Below, one piece after another: positions 1 to 16,224 of a DNA stretch of 64,000 bases (position 1 is the first letter of the stretch; every line of letters begins with the position of its first letter). The notes beneath the pieces are model-generated. The model ran no database searches and had not been told where the DNA came from. It saw nothing but the letters and a program-made list of their open reading frames with translations. This DNA is from the human T2T-CHM13v2.0 reference genome, Homo sapiens, in NCBI RefSeq assembly GCF_009914755.1, contig NC_060947.1; one strand, 5' to 3'. Both the position numbers and the translations under genes were made by a program.

Positions 1-90
1 AGAATCACAAGTTGCTTTCATAGACCACGGTGTTCAAATAAAAGCAGGTAACAGCCCCACTGAAACCTGCTGTTCATAGTACATGTAGAA

Positions 91-1275
<1,185 letters not shown>

Positions 1276-1322
1276 ATCCAATGTGAACACTGAGTTCATT
1301 TCCCTTAGTAATCTCTCTGAAA

Positions 1323-2064
1323 CAGCACAGTCCAAAAGAGATACAATTTGAACCATATATGTAATTTTTCAAAATGCCAAGCAGCTGCACTAAGAGTAAA
1401 AACATGTGAAATTAATCTTAGTAATGTATCTTATTGACTCAACATAATCAAAAAAAATCATTTCAGCTGACTGACCACGGTGGCTCATGCCTGTAATCCC
1501 AGCACTTTGGGAGGCCGAGGTGGGCGGATCACAAGGTCAGGAGTTCTGAGACCAGACTGGCCAACATAGTGAAACCCCGTCTCTACTAAAAATACAAAAA
1601 TTAGCCGGACGTGGTAGCAGGCACCCATAGTCCCAGCTACTCCTAGTCAGGAGGTTGAGGCAGGAGAATTGCTTGAACCCAGGAGGCGGAGGTTGCAGTA
1701 AGCTGAGATCAAGCCACTGCACTCCAGCCTGGGCGACAGAGTAGACTCTGTCTCAAAAAAAAAAAAAATCATTTCAACATAAAAAAAAATTTAGATGTTT
1801 TACATTAAAAAATACTGTTTTTGAAACCTGGTGTGTGTTTTACACTTACAGCCTATCACAAGTTGGATGCTAAATTTTCGACAGATAAAATGGAATGTAG
1901 TTCAGCAAAACAATACAGTTGTGTTTAGTGGAAAAACATTTTACACTACTTCAGTTTTTTAAGCTTAAAATAAAAAAAAAACTTAAAATTTCAGTTTCAC
2001 TAGTCTTATTTCAAGTGTCTAACAGTCACATAGTGGTTAATGGCTACCATATTGGGCAGCACAG
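1323..2064. mobile_element. hAT-Charlie DNA transposon (MER33/Charlie1-like), split by an Alu
   Basis: TIR-like ends cagcacagtccaa ... tattgggcagcacag and the family's gtggttaatggctaccatattgg terminus. Confidence 0.7.
1470..1768 (+). mobile_element. AluS
   Basis: Alu dimer with TSD aaaaaaatcatttca. Confidence 0.95.
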
Positions 2065-3399
2065 CTTTAAAGTATTTCTTTGTAAGATAGAGAAATCCCA
2101 AATAGGGAGAGTTTCAAATGTCCCCAATATATTTTTCATGCTCTACAAACCCACTATTTGCATCCCCTTTATGTTTTCCAAAAATAAAACAATAAGGTTC
2201 AATACTCTACAATGTTCAATACTCATGGGATAGATAAGTCTTTCCTATGCTCATGAATCTTCAAGATTCATTCTTGACCTTTTAGAATTTCTACCATTTC
2301 CTACATAGAAACTAGAGACAAAACATTTTACCTCCATTCAAAATTTTCCTGACACTGATTTCAGAGATTTTTGAATCCTAAACAGCTCCTGCTTGATGAG
2401 CTTGGATTCCGTTCCATGAAAGAGGGAATTCTAAATTTTATTTAATTCAAAATTTTAATGAGACACACTCATAAAGCAACATGTGAACAAATCCAAATCA
2501 CTACCTCTTCAATAATAATAATATGCTGCTGTCTCCTTTCCTGCTACCCTTCCATATATATGCCAGAGACAATCAAGGAAAATATTTTCCCCATGATACT
2601 CCTGCAACACACTTATTTCAAAGCCTCCATCCTTTCTGCCTTAACTTAGCATTTCCCCTGGGCTGGAATTGGGGGTCAAGAGATTTCAGCACTGGCAAGG
2701 CACTCCCTCCCTTATAAGGGAATTCAAAGAGTAAGCTATGGCTACAATACCTGCAGAGGTCCCCTGGACTAGACATAATTACATTTGCAAAGAAAATGGA
2801 AATCAAGGCAATGCTCTCAAATGCCTTGTAAACTAATTTTACTCTCACACACCCAATGAGCCTGGTCTTATTTTAAGCAGACCTTCACTATCTAAGCGGC
2901 ATAAAAGAAAGAAATGGAATAAATCTAAAAACCACAAGTTCTGCCCCAGGTAGATATAATCTGCCACTATTGTTTACTAAGTGCAAACAAACATTTTAAA
3001 GTTTAGGCATGCCAAAAATACCAGAAAACCATACTCCAAATGATCAAATACAGCTCTATCTCCATTTTGGGTGTGAAAATATTAGTGAAGAATAACATTA
3101 ACAAAACAGGTCTCCAGATTCTACTTTGCAGTGAGTAACATTGTGGTACATTTCTAGCTTAAGTAGCAAGAGGAAAAAGAGAATCCTTATACACCGCTGG
3201 GATCTTTCAACATCATCGTAAAAGAGAAGGTCATAAATCCATTTCTTTAGTTATCTCAGATAAGTCAGAAATTCTGACTTCAGCATATGATTAGCATCAG
3301 CTGTTTTTCTATGAAAAGATTACCCGTGAAACATACAGTAATTTAAACAATGAAATATAACTGTTTTGAAGTCACTTAGGTCTCTCTCTGGCTATAAGC

Positions 3400-3630
3400 A
3401 ATACTCATCACCCTGTATTTACATAGCCCTTACACCTGTATTTCATTTAATCTTCACAATAATCCCATGAATTAGGAATCACCACCTCTACAGGTGACAA
3501 ACAGAAGCACAGAGAAAGAAAGTGATTTACCAAAAACCATGTGACTAGTAAGTGGGAAAGGGCCAGTAATTAAATCCAGGTCTCTGCATTCCAAATCCAG
3601 TCAACTTTTCACTAAGACAACTGCCTCCCA
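3400..3630. mobile_element. MIR
   Basis: MIR core: tcatttaatcttcacaataatccc ... gcacagagaaagaaagtgatttacc. Confidence 0.7.
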
Positions 3631-4478
3631 ACATATCCCAAGACTCTATACTTTAAAACACATTCCTTCCTTCAATCCCAATAGGTATGACTAAACTATT
3701 CAATCTATGAGCTTTTTATACCATGTTCACTCCCTGTATGAAAAATTCCAAAATGACAAAACACCTTTTGTAAGCAGCACAAACCTAGATGGACTTATTT
3801 TTAAATAAGTCAACTTTTAGTAATTTTTAAAAATACAGTTGCTCCTTAGATAAACAGCATATTTTATTAACCTTATTTCTTTTAGAGTACTGTGTGCCAA
3901 TATATCCAAATCCATTCCTGGAAACAAGAAACCAAATGAGAAATTTTGCCCAATCGTTTCAAAGAGCTACTCATCTGGTCAATGAATGGGACTGTATCCA
4001 GTAAGTTTAATTCTGGGGAGGAAAGGCCAGCAAGAACACCAACCCTGAGATTTATTTAAAACAGATTTTATTCACTTTGAGAATTTTAAAGTATTGTTAA
4101 TAATCTCAACTTCTTCTAGTCATTATTATATATTAATATAAATTATGCAAATGACTGTTTCTGATTACTGCTAAATGTAGTATCTCATTTAATTCTTCTA
4201 ATCCATGCACACCAAACTTTTAAAAAATTTAATTGTTATAATGTTAAGGCAAAAAGTTATTTAAAACATATTGTTCAGTACTAACAGGTCAGGAGACCTG
4301 GTGCTAAGTATAAACACAGGCATGTTATATTTGATGGACACACTACATTATAGTACCCAATTAAGGAGACTTAAGGCATCCAAAAATACTGTTAATAAAA
4401 CAGACCTTACAAAACTAAATTCTGAAACACCAAGTGAAATGCCTGTGTAAAAACCAATTTTAAAAAGTGAGTCATCTT

Positions 4479-4790
4479 GGCTGGGCATGGTGCTGGCCGA
4501 GTGTGGTGGCCGACATCTGTAATCCTAGCACTTTGGGAGGTCGAGGTCGGCGGATCGCTTGAGCCCGGGAGTTCAAAACCAGCCTGGGCAACATGGTGAA
4601 ACCGTTTCTACCAAAGACACAAAAACTTAGCTGGGCATGGTAACGCGCATCTGTGGTCCTAGCTACTTGGGAGCTGATGTGGCTGAGGTGGGAGGATCAC
4701 TTGAGTTTGGGGGCAGAGGTTGCAGTGAACTCAGATCACGTCACAGCAGTCTAGTCTGGGTGACAGAGACTCCATATCAAAATTTAAAAA
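4479..4790 (+). mobile_element. AluJ with duplicated 5' end
   Basis: Begins ggctgggcatggtg ct ggccgagtgtggtggc. Has J-type cttgagcccgggag. Confidence 0.9.
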
Positions 4791-5061
4791 GTCATATGGA
4801 AGAAATTACCTCGTTTTTTAAAAAAAGTGGGGTGGGTGGGAGGGAGGAATTAAGGTAACGTAACATCAACTAACTACTAAATCATGTTGAATATTTCACC
4901 TTGTGCATATGTGTTCATTCAAGCTCCAAATTCTATAATAAAGTTCTAAAGCAGGACATGCCAATTTTTAAAAAATTATGGGTATGAACACAAAAATGTG
5001 TCACACTGACAAGAGAAGGGCAATCCATTTTGTTTGCAACAGAGCTTCATCAAGAATCTCA

Positions 5062-5574
<513 letters not shown>

Positions 5575-6847
5575 TCATTACGTATGTAGGCACCAAAAGT
5601 GTTGGGGATTCTTCATATATAGAATGTTTAATTAAAATGTTATGGTATTTGTAACAGAAAAATATTTGCTAACAACCAGGTATCTTTTTTTATTCTACAC
5701 ATGGGTAGCAGGGTGAAACTCAGCTCTGTGAAAGGAAAAAAGAGATACTGAAATCCAGTCTTGGTTGTAACTTGGTTATGTGGATTTGGCCAATTCATTT
5801 AACCTCTTGTGCCAGAGAAGTCTCCATCAATATTAGAGTATTGGATTAAACCATCTGCAAGGTACTTTCCAGTTCTATGAATCTGTAACTGTAAATAAGA
5901 TATAACCTACACCACATTACGATATTAAGAAATATTAAGTTTAGGAAACAGCACAAATAACTAGGACATAAGCTTATAAGCTCTGCTTTTCTCACTACCA
6001 TTTCACTCAATGTACTTCTATCTCCACTCACGCAGTTATCTTTTTGAAAAGAAATATAAAGCATTCCTAAAAAAAAAAAAAAAAAAGAACAGGCAGGGTT
6101 AATGTCTCACTGACTTTCCTTATTGCATGATACCTCTCACCAACTAAAAAATTTGTTGATAATTTCCAAGAGTGGCCTATCAGAAAATGCTACCAAGGTA
6201 TCCCCCACTGCTCATGCTACCATAACAATAAGAGATTATAAAATATCTGAATGGCAGTTAGCTTAGCCTCCACTTACATTCTTCTATCTTTACCAGTTGA
6301 AAAGGACAGCAGAGAAAAACTAAAAGGACTCAGGAATGTTCCTCATGTACGCACCGACTTGCAGCTCAAACAACTTTTACTAAAACGCTCTAAAACAGTT
6401 AAAACTGAAAGAGTGTTAAGAACTTCAGTAAATCAAAGGACTGAAGACCATGCCAAATGCGGTTGATCTACAGGATCAAGTTAGTTAAAAAAGGAAACCA
6501 TTATGACATTTCATCTCAGTCAAATACTTTAATCTAGACAGTGAATTTAATCTTCAATTACCCGTTTTATGTTCTTTTATTATCAAGCTATGCCACTAAA
6601 TTATAATTTGGTCTTATCCATAAACTCGTTTTGACTTGCTTCTCTCATTATTCCTAAGAAGTCAAAAAGAAAATGACTCAAAAACCCAAGGAGTGCATGT
6701 GTTTAAGTTACTAAGGTAAAAATCACTGATAACTGACAATGTTGGTGTTCATCAGTAACTAAGGCACTATTTTAAGGACCTAAGATTTTTCCATCAAAAA
6801 TCAGGTTTTTAAAGATTGAAGCCAATTTTTAAAATTAAAATCACTTA

Positions 6848-7170
<323 letters not shown>

Positions 7171-7662
7171 TTAACTAAAAAAGAAAGTATTATCTATACC
7201 AATCAGTTATTTGAGGAAGTAATTTTGTATTTAAGACCAACCATGCTGACAATTGTCCTTCCTGAACTAGTATACCTACATAAAAATAACATGAAGAGGG
7301 TGACAATATATCTTTGGTTTGTCCAGAAGAGTAAGGGTTTACACTTGTACTGAAGTAATCAGTAATATGGCTCTCCCTTTCACTCTCAAAAGTGTCCCAG
7401 TTTAGATAATTCATATGGTCTCCTTAGTTATAATCAGCACTAAAGGGATCATTGGTCAATAAAAAACAAAAGTTGTAGTTAACACTTTTCCTCCTATAGT
7501 CAAGGGGAGATCAGAAGGGACCTTTTGTCATTCCAGAAAAAAATTTTAAACATCAAACACAAATACTTCCTTTCTCCCAGGAAGTAACATGTTCATCATC
7601 ATGGAAACGCCATTAGACTCTCAAATGTTATAAAAGCAAACCAACCTGTAGTTGCAAAATTA

Positions 7663-8203
<541 letters not shown>

Positions 8204-8252
8204 TCATAAATATATTCCCCCAATTGAGGTATATTTAAAAAATACCTCAATT

Positions 8253-8681
<429 letters not shown>

Positions 8682-9141
8682 TTATATTGGACATCAGAAC
8701 TTCAATTTATTATGTAAACTAGATACTTTCTGAAATCAATGGGCCATAGGTTTTAGAAATCTTTGTGTTAAAGAAAAACCTGTCCAGTTCTAGGCAGTGG
8801 CACAAAATTCTAGGCCCTCATTGGTTTGGGTTTGACAGAAGACTTTTTATTCTCTAATTTGTCATCCACTCTATGGTAAATGAAGAGAACAGGAGGCTGG
8901 CTGGTGATTTGCTCTATTTCTAATCCACCATGGCCATGGAAAAATTAATGTACATATAATATAATTCCATAAATGCAGATGCCTCATTTGACCTACTACT
9001 ATATTAAGGCTCACTACATGTTCACTAACCTCAAAGATATCCAACCAGCCTAGTATTTCCAGATCATTTAATTATTAAGCTATTTCTTAAAATCATTTCT
9101 GATTTTAAATTAAGTTTATCAAATGATATACAAGGAGCTAT

Positions 9142-9218
9142 CCATTTAACATCTATCAATGAGCCCATCCAATTACAGGGCCTGTGAAATAGAACAATAA
9201 ATATGTGTAAACATGCAT
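9142..9218 (+). repeat. 77-bp dispersed direct repeat, copy 1
   Basis: 73/77 identical to 10105-10181. Confidence 0.95.
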
Positions 9219-9384
9219 AATAGCTGAAACAGGAACGTAACAGACGAAAAGGGGGGATTGCTGGATAACCTTTAAGTATTAACAAAAGTTTCTGATGCAA
9301 CATAACCTACAGACTTTTTACTACAACCTTTCATTTTCATTGCATTTCCTATCTAATTAGACAGCAATCAAACCCAGAAGTATA

Positions 9385-9570
9385 ACGTCAGACAGGCCTG
9401 GGATAAAATGAGGGCTCCACCACTTAAAGCTATTTAACTGAGGACAAATTATACTTAACCTCTTTGGGTTTTTGGTTTCCTCTATAAAAGTTAACATTCT
9501 CATGAGGCTCTGTTGTGAGAATTATAAAATAATGCATATAAAGCACATGGCCTAGCACCACAGGCCTTCA
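9385..9570. mobile_element. MIR
   Basis: gtcagacaggcctggg...cttaacctct...tctataaaa...gttgtgagaatt...aatgcatataaagcac. Confidence 0.65.
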
Positions 9571-10104
9571 GCAGAAGTTGGTTATGAATTTAGGCTAAGT
9601 ATCCATCCCAGTTTGTCGGGGACAATCAAGGTTTGCACCTGCTGTCCAGGAATTATTAATGTTCCTTTTGTTCTTAAAAGTGTCTTGGTTAGGCAATAAA
9701 TTATGTGGTTACCCTAATGATGATGATAATAATAATGAAAGGAGTCAATATCAATTAAAAGTATCATGTATCAATTATGAATTTTTGAATCTTAAAGGAA
9801 AAAAATCAACCACCACACACAAAGTAACGTAAAATTATACTCTCGTAAGCTATTCTGATATTTCATTTAGTTATCCAATGAACATTTAAATGTTATTTTA
9901 CTTATACTCATGCCATTCCAACAATGATATAAGACAACAAATTTTTTGTTGTTGTTGTTCTATACAGGTATTGGTAAACTTCAGACATTATTTTAAAGAG
10001 TCAAATTCACAGATAAAGCACTGGTGAGTTCCAGGTATCCAGAAACATTACCCTTTTAATTCCCAGTGAAAAGTACCCATTCTTATCATGAAGAATACCC
10101 AACA

Positions 10105-10181
10105 CCATCTAACATCTATCAATGAGCCCATCCAATTACAGGGCCTGCAAAATAGAACAATAAATATTTGTAAACATGCAT
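10105..10181 (+). repeat. 77-bp dispersed direct repeat, copy 2
   Basis: 73/77 identical to 9142-9218. Confidence 0.95.
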
Positions 10182-11520
10182 TCTACACATAAATCATCAG
10201 GAGACGCAACAAAAAATAAATTACCTGACTGTTATGACATAGTATTGAAATACAATAAACTGGATTTTAGTTTTCTTCACTCTGCTCTAGAAAAAAAAAG
10301 AATCCATTATTCTTCCTCTTTAAAAAGATACACATTTTCTTTGAATTAGACACAACCTAAAAAAAAAAATACAGACACACCATAACCCAACCTAATTCAA
10401 TATTAGTATTAGGGCATTTGGGGAGAGCAAGAAGGTCAGAGGGGACCAGGAGTTAGATAAAAGATGTCTTCTAAGACTGAGAGACAATTTACGTTTTATT
10501 ATAAGCTTGCTTAAAATAAGCCTTTCCTTATCAGACCAGTAATTATTTTCAGATTCTGATAGTCACTTTCAAGGACTTATCTGGCACATTACACTAGCCT
10601 AAGGTAGGAACTAAAGTATTAAAATTCATCAGAACATCATGGACTAAAAAAATCTTTGTAACATTTTTCAGTAAGTGGAGTGTGTCCTAAAATCAAGTTT
10701 TAAAAAGTGGATTGGTCTTTCTAGCTACCTAAGCTATATTTCTACAGTTTAGAAAAGTCATGGGGGGGGAGGGGTTATAATTGTGCCAGTCCTCCAGGGA
10801 AGATACAATGTACTTAATGGGGTGATAAGTAGTTACTCTGTCTATAATCACGAAGAATGAAAGAAATGATTAGTAGCAGTAGGTTTATTATTTCTTCCCC
10901 CTTTCAATCAGTCCAAAACACTGCGGTTAATTCTGATTCAGGAAATGCGGGCTCCTTACTTCTGGCAAAAAATCATTGTGGGGTCTTGCAAATGGAAGAT
11001 GACAATCTGATACAACTGCTTCCTCTTGCCCCAAAATGAAAAAAAAAATGACCTCAATAACAAGACTGCTAGGCCTCAGATTCCCAGACTAACCTGTGGA
11101 ATAAGTATGGTGAAACTGTCTAGGGAAGGAACGTGGCTGTCTCCTCCATCTTGAAATTAATCAGCATAAGGGAAAAAGGGACCGAGTATTCAGGAAGCAG
11201 AAGCCCAACCGGTTAATACTAGTTACTAAGCTATGGCATGCGTGGCAGGTACCGTCTGCAGAAGCAGAGACCCCCCTAGGCTTTTTTTTTTTTTTTTTAA
11301 TGGGGGAGGGATTGAGTTGTTGGTGGATTAAACACAAATTAACTTGAAAATTTGGCCCAATTCCATCCCTTATCCAGGAGAACACAACAAACACCTAACG
11401 GCTTTTCCCTCTCTTTTGCGGGGGGATCCTTCCAGTGATACCTGGCAAAGGATATGCCAGGGTTATTCGAGCAAGGGAGTAAACCACATTTGCCTCAGAT
11501 CCTCAGGGAAGATGTCATCG

Positions 11521-11537
11521 CGGCCCCAGGGGGCGCC
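11521..11537 (+). promoter_or_regulatory. CTCF-like motif at the intronic edge of the CpG island
   Basis: cggccCCAGGGGGCGCc matches the CTCF core CCAGGGGGCGC, with mismatches in the 5' part. Confidence 0.4.
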
Positions 11538-11839
11538 TAATTGGTAATACCCTGCAGAAGGGCTCAAAATGAGGTTTTGGAAATCTAAAGGCCCAAGAGT
11601 TGCCAGCATCTCACTTGGGGCAGCCTGATTTTTTACTTCCCTTTTCCCAAACCCAAGCCCGCCATGGAAAACGCGGGGAGGTCAGGGAAGCCTCCAGAGA
11701 ACAGAGAAGAAAAAGCCTGAGACGTTCTAAGATTCTGACGCCTGAGGCCAAAACTCAAAAACTGCCTCCCCCGATTTCCTAAGGCTCCGGAGGGCCTGGG
11801 CTGCAGCTCGCGCGGCCACCGAGAGGAAGTACTACCCAC

Positions 11840-11928
11840 CTCCTTCCCCTTCAAAGAGCCTGTCGACTATACCACTCAACTAAAATGGCAGCGGCGACTA
11901 CGCCACGGAGCCCCCCGCAGCAACGGGC
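11840..11928 (-). other. Candidate alternative non-coding exon (89 nt)
   Basis: Minus strand ccggaccccag|GCCCG...GGAAGGAG|gtgggt, 137 nt downstream of the exon 1 donor. The polypyrimidine tract is weak. Confidence 0.3.
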
Positions 11929-12065
11929 CTGGGGTCCGGAGGCGGCGCTGAGCCTCTGCCACGACGCGTCACTCGGGCCATTTTGAGAGAACGCGGCAGC
12001 CGCGGCTCCGCTGTCTTCCTCTCGCTCTACATCATTTCTCACAGGATTCCCAAGTCTTCACTTAC

Positions 12066-12268
12066 TAGGTTTTAGGGTCAGGATCCGACTCGGTTGGTTC
12101 GGCCGCCGCCGCCGAGGCTGCTCCGCACCTCCCTGGCCGCCGCTCTCAAGCCCGCCTCCAATGAGTAGCTGGTTGAGACCCGCCTCTAGCCCAGCGCCTG
12201 CTCGGAGACGTTGCTCAGGCAGCCATTATCTTCCCCATTGTTACCAAGCAGCGACAGGAAACGACTGC
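12066..12268 (-). other. RLIM: Non-coding exon 1 (5' UTR) of a minus-strand gene, probably RLIM (RNF12, E3 ubiquitin ligase). TSS approximate.
   Basis: Lies in the CpG island. Minus strand ends ...GGATCCTGACCCTAAAACCTA|gtaagtg, a near-consensus donor with the intron starting at 12065. The sequence matches my recollection of the RLIM mRNA 5' UTR, and the L1-rich flank fits chrX. No coding exon in the window confirms it. Confidence 0.75.
12215..12238 (-). CDS. Upstream ORF MGKIMAA* in exon 1
   Basis: Minus strand ACA ATG GGG AAG ATA ATG GCT GCC TGA. Both ATGs have A at -3 and G at +4. Translation is not shown. Confidence 0.5.
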   Translation of the reverse strand: MGKIMAA

Positions 12269-12756
12269 CCACAACAGGAAGTGATGATGCCGCGTCCCGG
12301 CACCGCAGCCCCACTCCCAGCCTATTAGCCAATCCCAGTCGATTCCTCGAAAAGGCTCCGCGGGAGGAGGAGGGGGACGGCAGACGACGCGGCAAGGCGG
12401 GCGGCGGTTTGGAAAAGGAAAGCTGTTATGACGCCCACCATGTGACAGGCCCCACCCTCCTCCGCCATTTTGAATTGTGGCGAGAAATTTGCGTTCTGAG
12501 AATTGTGGGAACCTTCGCTTTCCCATTTTGAAAACTGAAGGACGTCACGGTCTGACTGCTTGAAGACATTTTCAGAGAGAGAGAAATGTGATATTAGTCT
12601 ACCCTGACATCACATCAGTTCACACAATCCGTGCAGACCAGTTCAAAAAGTAGCCTGCGTTTTATTCAACATGTATTTACACAGTGCCAACTGCATGTCA
12701 AGCACCATTGTAGCTGCTTAGGAAATTAAAATAGACCAAAATTAAGAAAGAAAACA

Positions 12757-13062
12757 GGCCACGTTCGGTGGCTCACGCCTGTAATCCCAGCACTTTGGGA
12801 AGCCGAAGCGGGCGGATCACCTGAGGTCAGGAGTTCGAGACCAGCCTGGCCAACATGGTGAAACCCAGTCTCTACTAAAAATACGAAAATTAGCCGGGCG
12901 TGGTGGCGGGCGCCTGTAATCTCTGCTAATCGGGAGGCTGAGGCAGGAGAATAGCTGAACCCAGGAGGCGAAGATTGCAGTGAGCCGGGATCTCGCCACT
13001 GCACTCTAGCCTGGGTGACAGAGCAAGGCTGTGTCTCAAAAAAAAAAAAAAAAAAAAAAGAA
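12757..13062 (+). mobile_element. AluSx-like
   Basis: CpG-rich Alu dimer with TSD aagaaaacag. Confidence 0.95.
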
Positions 13063-14235
13063 AACAGATCAAAATCCCAGTTCTCTTGAGTCTTTATAGG
13101 GGCCAGGGACAATAATTTAGAAAAAATCAAACATAAATACATATCATGTTAGTGATAAATGCCAAGGAGAAAAATCAAGGAAGGGGGACAGAAGAGTTCC
13201 TTGTAGGGACAAACGGATTCGTGATGTTTAAAAGACTGATAACTTTGAGGCATTAACTCTAAAGTATTCGAAAAAGGGCGGTGATTGTAAAAGGGTGGGA
13301 AAATCTGATAACGTTGGGATTTGTAAAAGGGCAGTTAAAGAAGGCCTTTCTTAGGTAGTAATGCCTGAAAGAATTGAGGGAACTCGCCACACAGCATGCC
13401 ACTCCCATTGTCACAGTTAAAGGAAAACCTTACCCAAGTTTTTAGATTCTTTTCCTTTTCCCAATTTTTCTGTTTTCCAATAGCATGCCAGCTATGCTGG
13501 CTTTGTTACGGTTTTTCCAACAAAGCTAACTTCTTCCTACTTCAACTACTTTACCTTTGCTGGAATATTTTACTTTCATATCTTTGCTTTCATCATCCAA
13601 GCCTCGCAATTATTAACTTCCTAGAGAAGCCTTCCCTGACCACCCTACCTAAAATAACTTCTTCCTGAAGGCGGAAAAAGGTCTGAGGAAAAAAAAAAAA
13701 AGAAAAAAGTAATAACGACTTCTCCCATCTCCTTACCTGCTTACTTTTCTTGTAAAACACTTAATCTGAAAGTAAGTTATTTATTTGTTTGTTTACTTCA
13801 CCCTTTCTGAGCAGTAAACCTCTCTGTTTTGTTCACTGTTGTGTCCCCAGCGACCACATAGTAAGCCCTCAAAATACTTTGGGAGAATTACCCCCTCACC
13901 ATGATGGATGTTATATCAGCCTGGAATATAAGTATTTCACTCCAAGCAGTTAAAACAATATCCCTCATACTTACCTGCCCAACTCCCTAGAAGACTCATT
14001 GATATTGTCATTTTTGGCAGAGGGATACATGATTTAGGCGCTGTGTCTCTACTCAGGTTTTTGTCTTATTTTACATAATCATGTACTAGAACGATTACCT
14101 AGAACGTGTAAAAGGAATTCTTCAGTAGCCTGCAATTGCCATTAAGCCTGATATTCTGATTATGGCAATAACATTAGCCACTCCTTAACGTATTCTTGAG
14201 GCTTATGTGGCTTAATCTAAAATATAAAATCATAA

Positions 14236-14628
<393 letters not shown>

Positions 14629-14952
14629 TAGGTTAATATTTCTATAGCCTTGGGGATGCAGAAGCACTTTTGAAATACAACACAAAATCCATAATGGGAA
14701 AGACTAATAAGTACAACTTCATAAATAAAAGTAAACCTTCTAAATGTCAAAATACAAGGTTGGTAAAGTTAAAAGACAAATGATAAATTGAAAAAAATCA
14801 TTTCATAATGACATATTAGAGCCAAGGGGTAATATCTTTACTTAATAAAAAGACGAAACACTAGCAAAAATGTTACATATGTGATAAACACATATGGCTA
14901 ATATCAGCCTATAAAGAGTTGTTAAACATTGATTTTTAAAAAGATAAATACC

Positions 14953-15308
<356 letters not shown>

Positions 15309-15477
15309 TCATAAAAGGATAAAACACGTGGCTGATAAGCATATGACAATATATTCTTTTTTTCTTGTTAGTAAATAACCTTGTACTTGAAAATATATTC
15401 AGCCTCACTAGTAATTAATCAAAAATAAAAACAATGAGGTACAACTATTATGTATCCATAATAATTAAAAAACAATA

Positions 15478-15775
<298 letters not shown>

Positions 15776-15873
15776 CAGAAAAATTTTATGAACTAAAAAA
15801 TTTTTTAAAAAGTTCCTTTTTTTGCCTGTTAGAATGTCAAGGATAAAAAATCGATAATATTAATTGTTGATGA

Positions 15874-16224
<351 letters not shown>

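Larger units (their letters stand above)
11640..12560. promoter_or_regulatory. CpG-island, TATA-less promoter
   Basis: Sharp rise in GC and CpG content. Motifs: ETS CAGGAAGTG (~12275), CCAAT (~12329), E-box CATGTGAC (~12439), E2F-like TGGCGAGAAA (~12478), CRE-like GACGTCA (12541), GC boxes, and YY1 motifs at 11882, 11977 and 12462. Confidence 0.92.

Noticed and set aside
11344-12531. Several 60-106 aa ORFs over the CpG island
   Set aside because: Expected in GC-rich DNA with few stop codons. No recognisable protein. Only the terminal MGKIMAA uORF is retained.
13967-13990. Possible U1 snRNA pseudogene
   Set aside because: Identity ends after 11 nt. Treated as a donor-like motif only.
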